From assembly GCA_040397625.1 (NCBI GenBank), contig JBBAVQ010000001.1, positions 1-32,106 on the forward strand: a DNA stretch of 32,106 bases. Direction: 5' to 3'. A program made the translations under genes and the position numbers. Each line of letters opens with the position of its first letter. Positions within the stretch are counted from its first letter, which is position 1. This document shows positions 1 to 8,977 of this stretch, in pieces. A model generated the notes under the pieces. That model saw only the letters and a list, made by a program, of their open reading frames with translations. It was not told the origin of the DNA and did no database searches. This DNA comes from Pirellulales bacterium. Its GTDB lineage: Bacteria; Planctomycetota; Planctomycetia; Pirellulales; UBA1268.

Positions 1-1
1 G

Positions 2-916
2 GTCGCCGCGCCAGCACCCATTGCCGCCGTGCCTCCGATCGCGGCAGCGCCACTCGCCGCCGCTCCCCTCGCGGCTGCAACGGCTCCGCCCCCCATGCCC
101 GTGCCGGTGCCCCGGGCGACGGCGACGACCAGCGTCACGCTGCCCGCCGCCCCGGCTTTGGAACTCGACCTGACAGGTCCTGCCGAGGTGCTCTCCGACG
201 GCGTCGTGGAGTTTGTCGCCGTCGTGAAGAACAAGGGCCTGGGAGCATCGACTCCGACGTCGCTCGAGTTTTCCTGGGACGACCATATGACGCCGCTCGA
301 GGCGTCGGACGGCTACAACCTGCTGGCGTCGAAGGTGTCGTGGAATCTGCCTGCCATCGAACCGGGCGGCCAGCTCAAGCGTCAGATCAACCTCAAGGCG
401 AAGGCGCCGGCCGGCACCTACCGCGACACGCCGGCGACACGGTCGTGCATTCGGGCGGTGCTCGGTGGGCTCGGCGGCGGCACGATGGTGGCCGATGAGG
501 CCTGCGTGCTGATCAGTTCCTCGGTGCCGCGGCCGCGGATCCGCACCCCCTCGGAGGCCGGCCTGAAGATGTCGCTCGCGGATCTCGACGACCCGGTGCG
601 GCCTGGTGATGCGACGACACTCGTCTGCACCGTGAGCAACACCGGCACCGAGCCGACCGGCAGGCTCGACCTGATCGTGATCCTGCCCGACCAGGCTCGC
701 CTCGACTCGGATCGCTCGGCGTCGAGGGTGCGGATCGACGACGCCCGGGTGTCGTTCGATCCGATCCAGCCGATCCCCCCTGGTGGCCAGCGGTCTTTTG
801 AGATCACCTACCGGCTCTCCGCCGGGGGCACCGGACGGGCCTCCGCGATCCTTTCGAGCGCCGATCTCGATGGCACCGTCGAGCGGACCTGTCAGACGAG
901 CTTTCTCGAGCCCTGA
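2..916 (+). CDS. 5'-truncated cell-surface protein with two DUF11-type (conserved repeat) beta-sandwich domains after a Pro/Ala-rich linker
   Basis: The frame is open from base 2 with no upstream stop, so the gene probably starts outside the window. A Pro/Ala tract (APLAAAPLAAATAPPPMPVPVP) is followed by two repeats of DUF11 style (LDLTGPAEVLSDGVVEFVAVVKNKG...VSWNLPAIEPGG and LADLDDPVRPGDATTLVCTVSNTG...FDPIQPIPPGGQRSFEITY). Stop TGA at 914-916. Confidence 0.6.
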   Translation, partial: VAAPAPIAAVPPIAAAPLAAAPLAAATAPPPMPVPVPRATATTSVTLPAAPALELDLTGPAEVLSDGVVEFVAVVKNKGLGASTPTSLEFSWDDHMTPLEASDGYNLLASKVSWNLPAIEPGGQLKRQINLKAKAPAGTYRDTPATRSCIRAVLGGLGGGTMVADEACVLISSSVPRPRIRTPSEAGLKMSLADLDDPVRPGDATTLVCTVSNTGTEPTGRLDLIVILPDQARLDSDRSASRVRIDDARVSFDPIQPIPPGGQRSFEITYRLSAGGTGRASAILSSADLDGTVERTCQTSFLEP

Positions 917-1033
917 GGCTTGATCGCCGACCACCGTGGTGCGGTTCGTCCGGTTCGCGCGGCTGCTCCGACTGCGCCGTCTGGCGTGAATCGTCTATTC
1001 GGCCGCTGACGATGACTGCCTGCGGAGGCAGGG

Positions 1034-2218
1034 ATGATCGTCGTCACGTCGAACTGGGCGCTGGGGGATGGCACGCTCGTGCCGGCGGCCGCAGCATGGC
1101 ACGGCACGCTGCCTGCCGCCATCCACCGCGCCGCGATTCGCGCTGGTGTCCGCAGCGACGGCTCCTATCGCCCGATTGAGCGGCTCGATCTCGTGATGGC
1201 GGGCGACACCTTCGACTGGCTGCTCTCGGCGGAGTGGCAGTCGGCCGTGAAGCCCTGGCACGGCACCGTGGCAGCGCGGCAGGCTGTGGCCCGAGTCGCC
1301 AGACGGTCGATTGGTGCCGCCCGCCGACTGCTCGGCCCGGTGATCCACTGGGCCCGCCAGGGCCTGCCCGTGCCGGCGGCTGCCGGGTCACGGCCCGGCC
1401 GTGTGGAGCTTCGCATCCCGGCTCGCGTGACGCTCCTCGCCGGCGATCGCGACGCGGCGATCGAAGAGTGTATGGGCGGTCGGCGCGATCGGCAGCCGGT
1501 GACCGTCGGGAGCCGCTGGGACGATGGCCGCCTGGCGATTCGACACGGACACGATCTCGACCCTGCCTGTCGCGTGGGCGGGGATCGGCGCGGCGCTCGG
1601 GAGCGGTCGCCCACTCTGGCCGAGAGCGTGGCCGTTGACCTCGTGGGTCGATTCGCCACCGCTGCCAGGCCGGTGGCATCCGGGATCGGGCGGTTTGTCA
1701 GGAGCCTCGCTGCCGCCGGTCCCCTCGGCATCCCGGCCGTGTTGTCGGCTCACATCGGGGGCGCGTCGGGCGGCACCGGGGGCGATCGGTCGGCCGTCGT
1801 TGACGCGTGGCGGCGATGCGTCGATGCCTGGTGGCACGAGGCGCGGCGGCTGGTGCCTGACTGCGAGGTCGAGTTTGACGCGGTGGATGCGATTGCGGGC
1901 TGGTTCGCCGGCGGCTGCACGGAGTGGAGCTGCGTTCCTCAGGGTCTCGAACGTCTCCGCCCGCAGCCGCCCCGTGGCTCTCCTGGCCTGGTGCTCGGCC
2001 ATGTGAGTGCGGCCGCCGGGAACTCGGCGGTGGTCTGCCTGGGGCCCGGCGCTGAGACCATGGAGACTCGTGGGCCGACGGTGATCGCCTGCCCAGATGT
2101 GGGGGGCTGGCCGCGGTGGAGGTCGATTCTGCCGACGGTCGAGTCTCCCGCCGTGGTCGCGATTCGCGCCGAGGAACCGCCGGCGGCGCATGGCGGGCGG
2201 ATCGTTGATGCGGCATGA
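1034..2218 (+). CDS. hypothetical protein with degenerate metallophosphoesterase-like motifs
   Basis: ATG at 1034 lies 5 nt after GGAGG (1024-1028). The 394-aa ORF carries ordered motifs VVTSNWALGDG / LVMAGDTFDWL / LLAGDRDAAI / IRHGHDLD that resemble calcineurin-type phosphoesterase motifs I, II, III and V (LpxH-style GDxFxxW and GNRD), but motif I lacks the Asp/His. The competing minus-strand ORF 1388..3040 is Arg/Pro/Gly-rich antisense noise. Confidence 0.6.
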   Translation: MIVVTSNWALGDGTLVPAAAAWHGTLPAAIHRAAIRAGVRSDGSYRPIERLDLVMAGDTFDWLLSAEWQSAVKPWHGTVAARQAVARVARRSIGAARRLLGPVIHWARQGLPVPAAAGSRPGRVELRIPARVTLLAGDRDAAIEECMGGRRDRQPVTVGSRWDDGRLAIRHGHDLDPACRVGGDRRGARERSPTLAESVAVDLVGRFATAARPVASGIGRFVRSLAAAGPLGIPAVLSAHIGGASGGTGGDRSAVVDAWRRCVDAWWHEARRLVPDCEVEFDAVDAIAGWFAGGCTEWSCVPQGLERLRPQPPRGSPGLVLGHVSAAAGNSAVVCLGPGAETMETRGPTVIACPDVGGWPRWRSILPTVESPAVVAIRAEEPPAAHGGRIVDAA

Positions 2219-2254
2219 TAGGGCCGGTTGCAAGCCGTTCTGGTCCGCCCTGGT

Positions 2255-2581
2255 ATGAACGCCGCCGAACTCATCTCGATCACCACCACGTTTTCCTCCC
2301 GCGAGGCAGCCGAGGCCTGCGGCCGCCGCCTCGTCGAGTTGCGACTGGCCGCCTGCGTGCAGGTGGAGGGGCCGATCACGAGCCTCTACCGGTGGCGCGG
2401 GGCGATCGAGACGGCGGTGGAATGGCGATGCGTCTGCAAGACGACAGGCTCGTGTGAGGCCGAGTGCACAGCCGCGATTCTCGCTCTCCACGACTACGAC
2501 ACACCGCAGATAGCCATCGCCCGTCTCGCCGGATCGCCCGCCTATGCCGCGTGGGTCCGGGAGAGCGTTACGCCCACCTGA
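2255..2581 (+). CDS. cutA: divalent-cation tolerance protein CutA
   Basis: CutA1-family signature is present throughout: ISITTTFSSREAAEACGRRLVELRLAACVQV..ITSLYRWRGAIE...CKTT......HDYDTPQI. ATG 2255 gives a homolog-like N-terminus of about 108 aa; the ORF-track start at 2228 is a TTG and remains an alternative. Confidence 0.85.
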   Translation: MNAAELISITTTFSSREAAEACGRRLVELRLAACVQVEGPITSLYRWRGAIETAVEWRCVCKTTGSCEAECTAAILALHDYDTPQIAIARLAGSPAYAAWVRESVTPT

Positions 2582-2599
2582 GGAGACTCCCCCTCGCCG

Positions 2600-3091
2600 A
2601 TGCCTGCACCGCTCTATGCCTTTGAGATCACGCTCCAGGCCCGGCCCGAGGAGGCCACGGTGGGACCGCCGCTGACCGATGCGTGGGGGGCGTGGCCCAC
2701 CCTCGACGTACCGAAGAGCCAGCTCGCATCGCCGATGGCGATCGGCTTCGACGCGGCGTTCGACCGGCTCGCGGCGATCGAGCGTCTCTACACCGAGCCT
2801 GACGGCTCGTTCGTGTGGACGTGTTCCCGGACCAGCGACGCCGCGGCTCCAGCCTGGTGGCAGGTCGATGGCAACGCTTCCGAACGCGGCAACCGTGTCC
2901 TGCTGGTCGATCTCAAGGGCAGTTGTCCGCCCGCGGAGTTCGACCGGCTGCTCGCCGCGTTCGGCTGGCCGGAGCAGCCGCTGATGATGCAACTCGTCAG
3001 GGCCGCCGCCTTTCTCGACGAGGCCACGTTTCGCAGTCATGCCGCCGCCCGGGGGCTTGTCGGGGACGGGGAAACCCTGCGGCCGATCTGA
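2600..3091 (+). CDS. hypothetical protein (163 aa, no domain recognised)
   Basis: ATG 2600 lies 18 nt after the cutA stop, with GAGGAG at 2580-2585. It is on the same strand and tightly packed with the two upstream genes. No motif recognised. Confidence 0.5.
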   Translation: MPAPLYAFEITLQARPEEATVGPPLTDAWGAWPTLDVPKSQLASPMAIGFDAAFDRLAAIERLYTEPDGSFVWTCSRTSDAAAPAWWQVDGNASERGNRVLLVDLKGSCPPAEFDRLLAAFGWPEQPLMMQLVRAAAFLDEATFRSHAAARGLVGDGETLRPI

Positions 3092-3219
3092 GGGTAGGGT
3101 GGTGGCGGTTGTATGGGCTCAGCCGGGGGCCGCCCGTCCGCGAGGCTAGAATCGGTCGATAGTTCCCTGTGAGGGTGCCGTCTGCGCGGGCCCCGTTCGG
3201 TGTTGTGAAGGGTGAAACC

Positions 3220-3873
3220 ATGGCCCACGGCCGTTTCCGTTCGTTCCCCATTTCTCCCCTGATGGTCGTGCTGGCCGTGTGCGGAGTCGCGTGCGGCCGC
3301 ATTGCGGCAGCCGGCGACCCCCCGCAGTTGGCGCACGCCTATGGCAATGGCGTGCACGCCTACTTCGCCGGCGACTTCCAGCGGGCCTACGAGGATCTCT
3401 CCGAGGCGGTCGAAGGCGGGACGCACGATCCGCGGGTCTGGTATTTCCGCGGCCTGGCTGCGCTCAAACTCGGTCGCACCGACGAGGCCGAAGCCGACTT
3501 CTCAGCGGCGGCCAGACGGGAGAGCGAGGGGACCGGTGCGTGGCCGGTCGCCAAGTCGCTGGAGAGGGTGCAGGGCTGCGACCGCCTGAAGCTCGAGCGT
3601 CATCGGGCCCGCGCCGGGATCGCCAGCCTCCAGCAAGATCGTCAGCGATCGAATCTCCGGTATCTCGAGGTCGAGCGGAACCGGCCCGACGTGACCCGCC
3701 GAATCGTGCCGATCGAGGAACAGCCCGCGGACGATGCGACGCGATTCAAAGAGGGGGCGGTTGGAAACCTGCCGGCCCCGGAGGATGCGGCGGTCGAATC
3801 GACGACGACCGACGCGGCCGACGCTGAATCGCCCAGGGAGCCAGCCCTCAATCCTGATCCGCTCAATCCCTGA
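3220..3873 (+). CDS. secreted TPR-like repeat protein
   Basis: ATG 3220 yields a signal-peptide-like N-terminus (MAHGRFRSFPISPLMVVLAVCGVACG). TPR-style helices follow (AHAYGNGVHAYFAGDFQRAYEDLSEAV, RVWYFRGLAALKLGRTDEAEADFSAAA), then an acidic, disordered C-terminus. Confidence 0.65.
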   Translation: MAHGRFRSFPISPLMVVLAVCGVACGRIAAAGDPPQLAHAYGNGVHAYFAGDFQRAYEDLSEAVEGGTHDPRVWYFRGLAALKLGRTDEAEADFSAAARRESEGTGAWPVAKSLERVQGCDRLKLERHRARAGIASLQQDRQRSNLRYLEVERNRPDVTRRIVPIEEQPADDATRFKEGAVGNLPAPEDAAVESTTTDAADAESPREPALNPDPLNP

Positions 3874-4252
3874 TCCGTGAGGCGGCGGCCGCCAGCGCCA
3901 GCCAACCCGCGATCAGGAGCAGGCCGCCGATCGGCACGACCGCGCCCAGCACCTTGATGCCCGTGAGGGCCAGGACGGCAAGGCAGCCACTGAAGATCAC
4001 GGAGCCGATCAGGAAGCACCAGGCGGCTGCGGTGAGGCCCGTCGCCTGCGGGCGAGTTGCGGCCAGCAGGCCGACGGCCACGAGTGCGAGCGCGTGGACC
4101 ATCGCGTACCGTGCCGCGGTCTCCCAGTTGCCGGCCTGGCCCGACGCGTCGAGGGTGGCTTTGAGGCCGTGGGCGCCGAACGCCCCGCCCGCCACTGCCA
4201 GGCCGCCCAGGATCCCGCCGGCGACGATCGCGAATCTCGGCACGCTCGTCAC
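3863..4252 (-). CDS. DUF423 (YgdD/TMEM256-like) small inner-membrane protein
   Basis: 129 aa with four hydrophobic helices. DUF423 hallmarks are present: GGAFGAHGLK...W.TAARYAMVHALAL...FSGCLAVLALTG. Its GTG start overlaps the secretin stop in a GTGA quartet (4249-4252). Confidence 0.8.
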   Translation of the reverse strand: MTSVPRFAIVAGGILGGLAVAGGAFGAHGLKATLDASGQAGNWETAARYAMVHALALVAVGLLAATRPQATGLTAAAWCFLIGSVIFSGCLAVLALTGIKVLGAVVPIGGLLLIAGWLALAAAASRIRD

Positions 4253-7134
4253 GGCCGAGCCGACCCGAGCAGTTTCTCTTCTTCCTCTTCCTGGATGATG
4301 ATCCGCGGCGTGACCATCAGCATCAGGCTGTCGGTCGTGCGGCCGAGACCGACGTTCTTGAAGAGGCGGTTGATGTAGGGGATCTTCGAGAGGATCGGCA
4401 CGCCGAACTCGTTGCGACCCTCGCGGAGCCGCTTGATGCCGCCGAGCAGCACGGTGCCGCCATCGGGCACGCTTACCGTCGTGGTCACGGTGGTGAACAG
4501 GAACTCGGGCAGCTGGATCGTGGTGCCGTTCGACTGAAGTTCGAGTTCGCCCGTCGCCGCCGTGCCGTTGGTGAGGCCAACGAGGCCGTCGGCGCCCGGC
4601 ACCTTCACATCGGCGCCGCTCTTTTCATCGCTTGTCTTCGACTTCGTGGACCGCGAGCCCTCGAACTGGAACTGCTCGACTTTGCCGATCTGCGAGAAGA
4701 ACGGCACGAGCGTGAGCCGGACGAACCGCCGGTCGTTCGAGACCACCGCCTGCACGTTGACCGCCGTGCCCTCGTTGAGAACGGTGATCACCGGTTGTTG
4801 GGCGGCGGAGAAGTCGCCCACGACAGGGATCACGGCCGTCACGAACGGCCGCTGCCGCGTGTCAGACACGTAGGCCGTCTGCCCGTTGAAGAGCGTCACC
4901 TTCGGGGCCTGCATGACGTTCGACCGCGTGTTGCCCTGGGCGGCCTGGATCAGGAAGTAGGCCTCGATGTCGGAGAGGATCGCGAAGCCGAAGTTCGCGG
5001 CGCTGGTCGTGGGGTCGGGAAGGCCCGGAAGACTCGGCACGGTGGCGCTGCCGAAGCTGTTCTGCCGAAACGGGATCGAGAAGAAGCTGCGGCCAGTCTG
5101 TGTGGTAGCGCCGGTTCCACCGACGCCGGCATTGGTGCCGACACCAGTACCAATGCCGCCGAGACCACCGCCGCCGATCCCACCGGCGCCGGTCGTGGTC
5201 GTCCCAACACCTCCGTTGTTGTAGAGGGCCACGCCGGGATTCCCCGAGTTGTCGAGGCCGATGGTCTGCGACCGGCCGCCGGGAACGGCATTGATTCCAC
5301 TGGCGAACGGCGACACCGAGCCGTTGCTCTGCGTCGGGATCGCCGTCATGTTCAGCGGCGAGTTGACGCCGGTCTGGATGTTGAAGTCGAAGTCCACGCC
5401 GATGCGTTCGAAGAATGTGTCGGCGAGCGTGATGAACCGCACCTCGATCGTGACCTGGAGATCCTGTAGGCGACGAAGCTGGGCGAGGAGATTTTCGATT
5501 TCCTCGTGCACCTCCTGCGTCTGGCTGACCACCAGGCTGAGGCTGGTGTCGAACCACTTGACGGTGCCGTTGCCGCCGACTTCAGACCACGTCGTCGGCT
5601 GCACGGTGGTCGTGATGAGGTCGATGAGCGACTGGAAGTCGCGGATGCTGCCCCCCGTCGACGGCGGGCCGAAGGGGATGTTCGGTGCGGAGCCGGTGAC
5701 CGGCGGCCCTCCGCCGCCTCCGAACCCGATCTGGGCGAGCGCACCGGCGTCGAGCGACGCGTTGTCTCCGGCGCGGGGGCCCCCCACGCCGGCCGGAGGC
5801 GGGCCGACCTGGACGGCGAGATTGTTCCGCATGGCAACCTGAGCGTAGCCGTCGCGAAGCGCGCTGGTGATGCCAAGCCCATCTGACGAAAAGTTGGGGA
5901 TCGGCATCACGAGGTCCGCGACCGGATACGTGACCGCATACACCTCTCCCTTCACGAGCCTGGGACTCGTGACCTTCAGAACCTCGTCCTTGACGGCGTA
6001 GCCGAGGTGCAGCGGTTCGAGGAGGAGTTTGAGGGCGCTCTTCAGCGAGATCGGCTGGTCGAGGGAGAGCGTGACCGGAATGTCGCTGCGGACGGCCTCC
6101 TGATCGAGTCCTACGAGGTCGATGTGGATCGACACCCCTGCCTGCTTTGACAGCGAGTCGATTACGACGGCGAGGGGCTGTTCCCGATACGATGGCTTCA
6201 CGGGGGCCTCGAGCTTCTTGTGAATCTCGAGTTCCGCCGCCGTCGCGCGTGAGCGGCCCTCGGCCAGTCGTTGCGATCGCGACTTCGTCAGATCCTGCCA
6301 GTCCTTGGTCTCGGGAAACTTGATCGGCCCGGCGAAGGGTGTCCCCGATGCCTCCACGTCGTCGGCAACATCGAGGAATCCAGCCTGACGCTCGCCGTCG
6401 ATCGACTTCTGCGCGTCGAGGCGACGGATCGTGCGGCTCTGCGCGAGAAGCTGTCGCACCACGGCGTTGTCGGGGGCGAGTTGGCCCGCCTTCTTGGCGA
6501 TGGCCTCGGCCTCCGCGAACCGCCGCTCGTCGACGAGGGAGTTGTATTCCTCGATGAGCATGGCGATCCGCTGATCGACTTCGACCTTCTGGGTCCGCTC
6601 CCGGTCGATCTGGGCCTCCACCTGGCTTGCCTGCTTCTCCATGGCGAGTTCGTTCCGCCGCTTGCCGGTGGCTTCCTCGATGTCGCGGCGGGTCCGTTCG
6701 ATCCGCCGCAGGATCTGGGCCCTGGTCTCTTCGGGCAGCGGCTGGTCGTCGAGTCCCTTGGCGGTGGTGTCGAGCAGGTCGAGGGCATCCGCGGGCGACT
6801 TCTGCGAGAGTCTTTTCGCCTCGAGTTGCTTGGCCGCCACCTCGGCCGAGATCCGGGCCACCAGAAGGCTGTCGGCTGCGGCGGCGTTCGTCGGGGCCGG
6901 CTTCGCGGCTGGGGCGGCGGCACCGGGGTTGGCCGCCTGACTGATGGCGTCTTCGATCACCCGGCGAGCCGCCTTCTCGTCGATCGGCTTCGCCACGTCG
7001 GGGGGCGGCAGCTCCTCCGCGCAGGCCCATCCACACGCGAGCGTGACAGCCGCCGCGGCGACGATCCGGCCGGCAAAGGCCGGCACGGGTCGGCGGGGGC
7101 CGAACGCGGGTCGCGGATGATGGCAGCGTGACAT
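4249..7134 (-). CDS. secretin-family outer-membrane channel protein (GspD/PilQ-like), 961 aa
   Basis: Signal peptide MSRCHHPRPAFGPRRPVPAFAGRIVAAAAVTLACGWACA. Canonical secretin C-terminus (VSVPDGGTVLLGGIKRLREGRNEFGVPILSKIPYINRLFKN...LMLMVTPRII) and secretin core (VTIEVRFITLADTFFERIGVDF, APKVTLFNGQTAYVS). The N-terminal ~250 aa are charged and coiled-coil-like. Confidence 0.9.
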   Translation of the reverse strand: MSRCHHPRPAFGPRRPVPAFAGRIVAAAAVTLACGWACAEELPPPDVAKPIDEKAARRVIEDAISQAANPGAAAPAAKPAPTNAAAADSLLVARISAEVAAKQLEAKRLSQKSPADALDLLDTTAKGLDDQPLPEETRAQILRRIERTRRDIEEATGKRRNELAMEKQASQVEAQIDRERTQKVEVDQRIAMLIEEYNSLVDERRFAEAEAIAKKAGQLAPDNAVVRQLLAQSRTIRRLDAQKSIDGERQAGFLDVADDVEASGTPFAGPIKFPETKDWQDLTKSRSQRLAEGRSRATAAELEIHKKLEAPVKPSYREQPLAVVIDSLSKQAGVSIHIDLVGLDQEAVRSDIPVTLSLDQPISLKSALKLLLEPLHLGYAVKDEVLKVTSPRLVKGEVYAVTYPVADLVMPIPNFSSDGLGITSALRDGYAQVAMRNNLAVQVGPPPAGVGGPRAGDNASLDAGALAQIGFGGGGGPPVTGSAPNIPFGPPSTGGSIRDFQSLIDLITTTVQPTTWSEVGGNGTVKWFDTSLSLVVSQTQEVHEEIENLLAQLRRLQDLQVTIEVRFITLADTFFERIGVDFDFNIQTGVNSPLNMTAIPTQSNGSVSPFASGINAVPGGRSQTIGLDNSGNPGVALYNNGGVGTTTTGAGGIGGGGLGGIGTGVGTNAGVGGTGATTQTGRSFFSIPFRQNSFGSATVPSLPGLPDPTTSAANFGFAILSDIEAYFLIQAAQGNTRSNVMQAPKVTLFNGQTAYVSDTRQRPFVTAVIPVVGDFSAAQQPVITVLNEGTAVNVQAVVSNDRRFVRLTLVPFFSQIGKVEQFQFEGSRSTKSKTSDEKSGADVKVPGADGLVGLTNGTAATGELELQSNGTTIQLPEFLFTTVTTTVSVPDGGTVLLGGIKRLREGRNEFGVPILSKIPYINRLFKNVGLGRTTDSLMLMVTPRIIIQEEEEEKLLGSARP

Positions 7135-7248
7135 GCGCGGAGTCCTTGTGCGGGAAACGAGCCGTGAGGCGGGAGAAGTACCCGCGTGCGTGACGGCGGG
7201 TCAAGGCCACGTCGCTCCCGGCGAAAACCGGGCAAACGGGGCGATTTC

Positions 7249-7263
7249 GGCCGTGGAACGGCC
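7249..7263 (-). terminator. candidate stem-loop downstream of the response-regulator gene
   Basis: GGCCG-TGGAA-CGGCC hairpin 13 nt beyond the stop at 7276 on the minus strand. A second hairpin CCCGG-(6 nt)-CCGGG lies at about 7218-7233. There is no U-tract, so function is uncertain. Confidence 0.25.
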
Positions 7264-7275
7264 GCTGGGAAAGGC

Positions 7276-8895
7276 TTACGCCTGGCCCGACGGGTTCGCG
7301 GCGGCCACCGGTGGGTTCTGCCGGCGGCTGATCGACTTCTCGACCGTGTCCAGGAGCTGGTCGATGCGGAAGGGCTTGAAGAGCACCAGGTCGATGCCGG
7401 CCTGGCGGGCCTTCACGATCGAGTGGCCGGGGTCGTAGCCGAAGCCCGTCATGAGGATCAGGGGTACCGGATCGAGAATCTCCTGCAGCCGCAGCAGGAG
7501 CTGATAGCCGCTCATGTCCGGCAATCGGATGTCGGCGATGATCGCGTCGTAGCACTCCCCGCGGCAGGCCCGCACCATCGACGCCGCCTCGGCGCCGTCG
7601 CGAGCCGTTTCCACCGTGCAGCCCGACCGTTCGAGCAGGGCGTGGGCTGCTTGCCGCACCTGCTCGTCGGAATCGACGACGAGAATCCGTTTGGCGACCA
7701 GGGCCCGACGGCGGTCGCCCTGCCGCCGCTGCGTGTGGGCGGAACTGGGGGCCATCTGCTCGCCGACCTTCTGAATCACCTGCTTGATGTCGCGGGCATT
7801 CTTCAAGATGCTCTGCAGCCGCTCCACCACGTCGGCGTCGTGGCCGATGTACTTCTCCATGACGCTCACGGCGTCGTTGAGGATGTCGTCGACCGGCAGA
7901 GCGACGGCCCCGTGGATGGCTTCGATGCTCTCCGCAGCCGTCGTTGCCTTCTCGGCCACGAGCAGTTCGAGCGTGTTGAGGGCCGCGGCGACGTCGCGAG
8001 AGAAAATCTCGAGGAACTGCAGGTCGGTGGCGTCGAAACCCCCGGGCTCGGGGCTCTCGACATTGAAGGTGCCGATCACCTGGTCGTGAAGCATGAGCGG
8101 CACGGTGATGGAACTCTTGGCCCCTTTGCAGCCCTCGAGGTAGAGCGGGTCTTTGGTGGTGTCGCTGCACCAGTAGGCGTGGCCAGTGGCCGCCACGTAG
8201 CCCGTCACGCCGTTATGTTCCGGCTTCGCATGGAGGATTCGCGCCTCGGCCTCCGGCTGCATGCCCTCCGCGAGCAGCGGTTCGAGTCGCCCGGTCTGGC
8301 GATCGAGAAGCCGGATCTCGAGCACGTCGAACTTCAGCAGGTCCTTGGAGTAGTGGATGATGTTGCTCTTGAGCAGTTCAATCCGCTCGCTCACCGTCAT
8401 GTCGGCGAGTTCCGCCGGCGACAGGTCGGCGAGCGTCTGGCCGGCGGCGTGGATCGCCGCCCGCTTCTGCTGCTCGAGGATCGTCTGGGTGACGTCCCGG
8501 ACGGTGACGATGGCCCGCGGCCCCGAGCCCATGTCGGCGGGCGAGAAGGCGGCCGAGGCATGGACGGCGAAGAACCGATTGCCGGCGGTCTTGAGGATGG
8601 CCGAGTGGGGGCGACCGGCGAGCAGGGACTCGTGAAAGTCGCTCACCTCCGTCGGCCGGTGTTCGACCGCCCAGCCGGTCAAAGACGACAGGAAATCGCA
8701 GCCGCGGAGGTCGCCCTGTGCAGACCAGGCCGTCAGTCGATCGTTGGCCCAGGCGACGCCACCGCCGGCATCGAGAACAGCCACCCCGTCGGGAAGGTGC
8801 TCGACCAGCTCATGCTCACGATGCCGTGTCGCGGCCAGGTTGGCCGGTTCGTCGTCACTCTGCGTCACCAGCCACTCTCCGTAGCCGACGGGCAC
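7276..8895 (-). CDS. PAS-GAF-receiver (REC) signalling protein
   Basis: PAS-like N-terminus (LVEHLPDGVAVLDAGGGVAWANDRL). GAF-like core (VTGYVAATGHAYWCSDT...SITVPLMLHDQVIGTFNVES). C-terminal CheY-type receiver (RILVVDSDEQVR...AIIADIRLPDMSGY...LILMTGFG...LFKPF). GTG start at 8895. Confidence 0.85.
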   Translation of the reverse strand: MPVGYGEWLVTQSDDEPANLAATRHREHELVEHLPDGVAVLDAGGGVAWANDRLTAWSAQGDLRGCDFLSSLTGWAVEHRPTEVSDFHESLLAGRPHSAILKTAGNRFFAVHASAAFSPADMGSGPRAIVTVRDVTQTILEQQKRAAIHAAGQTLADLSPAELADMTVSERIELLKSNIIHYSKDLLKFDVLEIRLLDRQTGRLEPLLAEGMQPEAEARILHAKPEHNGVTGYVAATGHAYWCSDTTKDPLYLEGCKGAKSSITVPLMLHDQVIGTFNVESPEPGGFDATDLQFLEIFSRDVAAALNTLELLVAEKATTAAESIEAIHGAVALPVDDILNDAVSVMEKYIGHDADVVERLQSILKNARDIKQVIQKVGEQMAPSSAHTQRRQGDRRRALVAKRILVVDSDEQVRQAAHALLERSGCTVETARDGAEAASMVRACRGECYDAIIADIRLPDMSGYQLLLRLQEILDPVPLILMTGFGYDPGHSIVKARQAGIDLVLFKPFRIDQLLDTVEKSISRRQNPPVAAANPSGQA

Positions 8896-8949
8896 CGAAT
8901 CCCCAGAGTATAAAACCGCCGCATCGAGCCGCCAAATCGCCGCGAGGCG

Positions 8950-8977
8950 TTGTCGCTCGACGCGGCATACCTATACT
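8950..8977 (+). promoter_or_regulatory. candidate sigma70-like promoter for the sdh operon
   Basis: TTGTCG (8950-8955), a 16-nt spacer, then TATACT (8972-8977), about 90 nt upstream of the sdhC start. This is a pattern match only, in a rare AT-richer patch. Confidence 0.3.

Noticed and set aside
1388-3040. 550-aa minus-strand ORF spanning the MPE-like gene, cutA and the 163-aa gene
   Set aside because: It is Arg/Pro/Gly-rich with no motifs. It lies antisense to a recognisable CutA and to an ORF with a strong RBS. This is the typical high-GC antisense open frame.
5582-8170. 862-aa minus-strand ORF in a different frame across the secretin 5' region and the response regulator
   Set aside because: Its composition is dominated by R, P and G, and it crosses an intergenic gap. 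Both underlying genes have clear homolog motifs in other frames.
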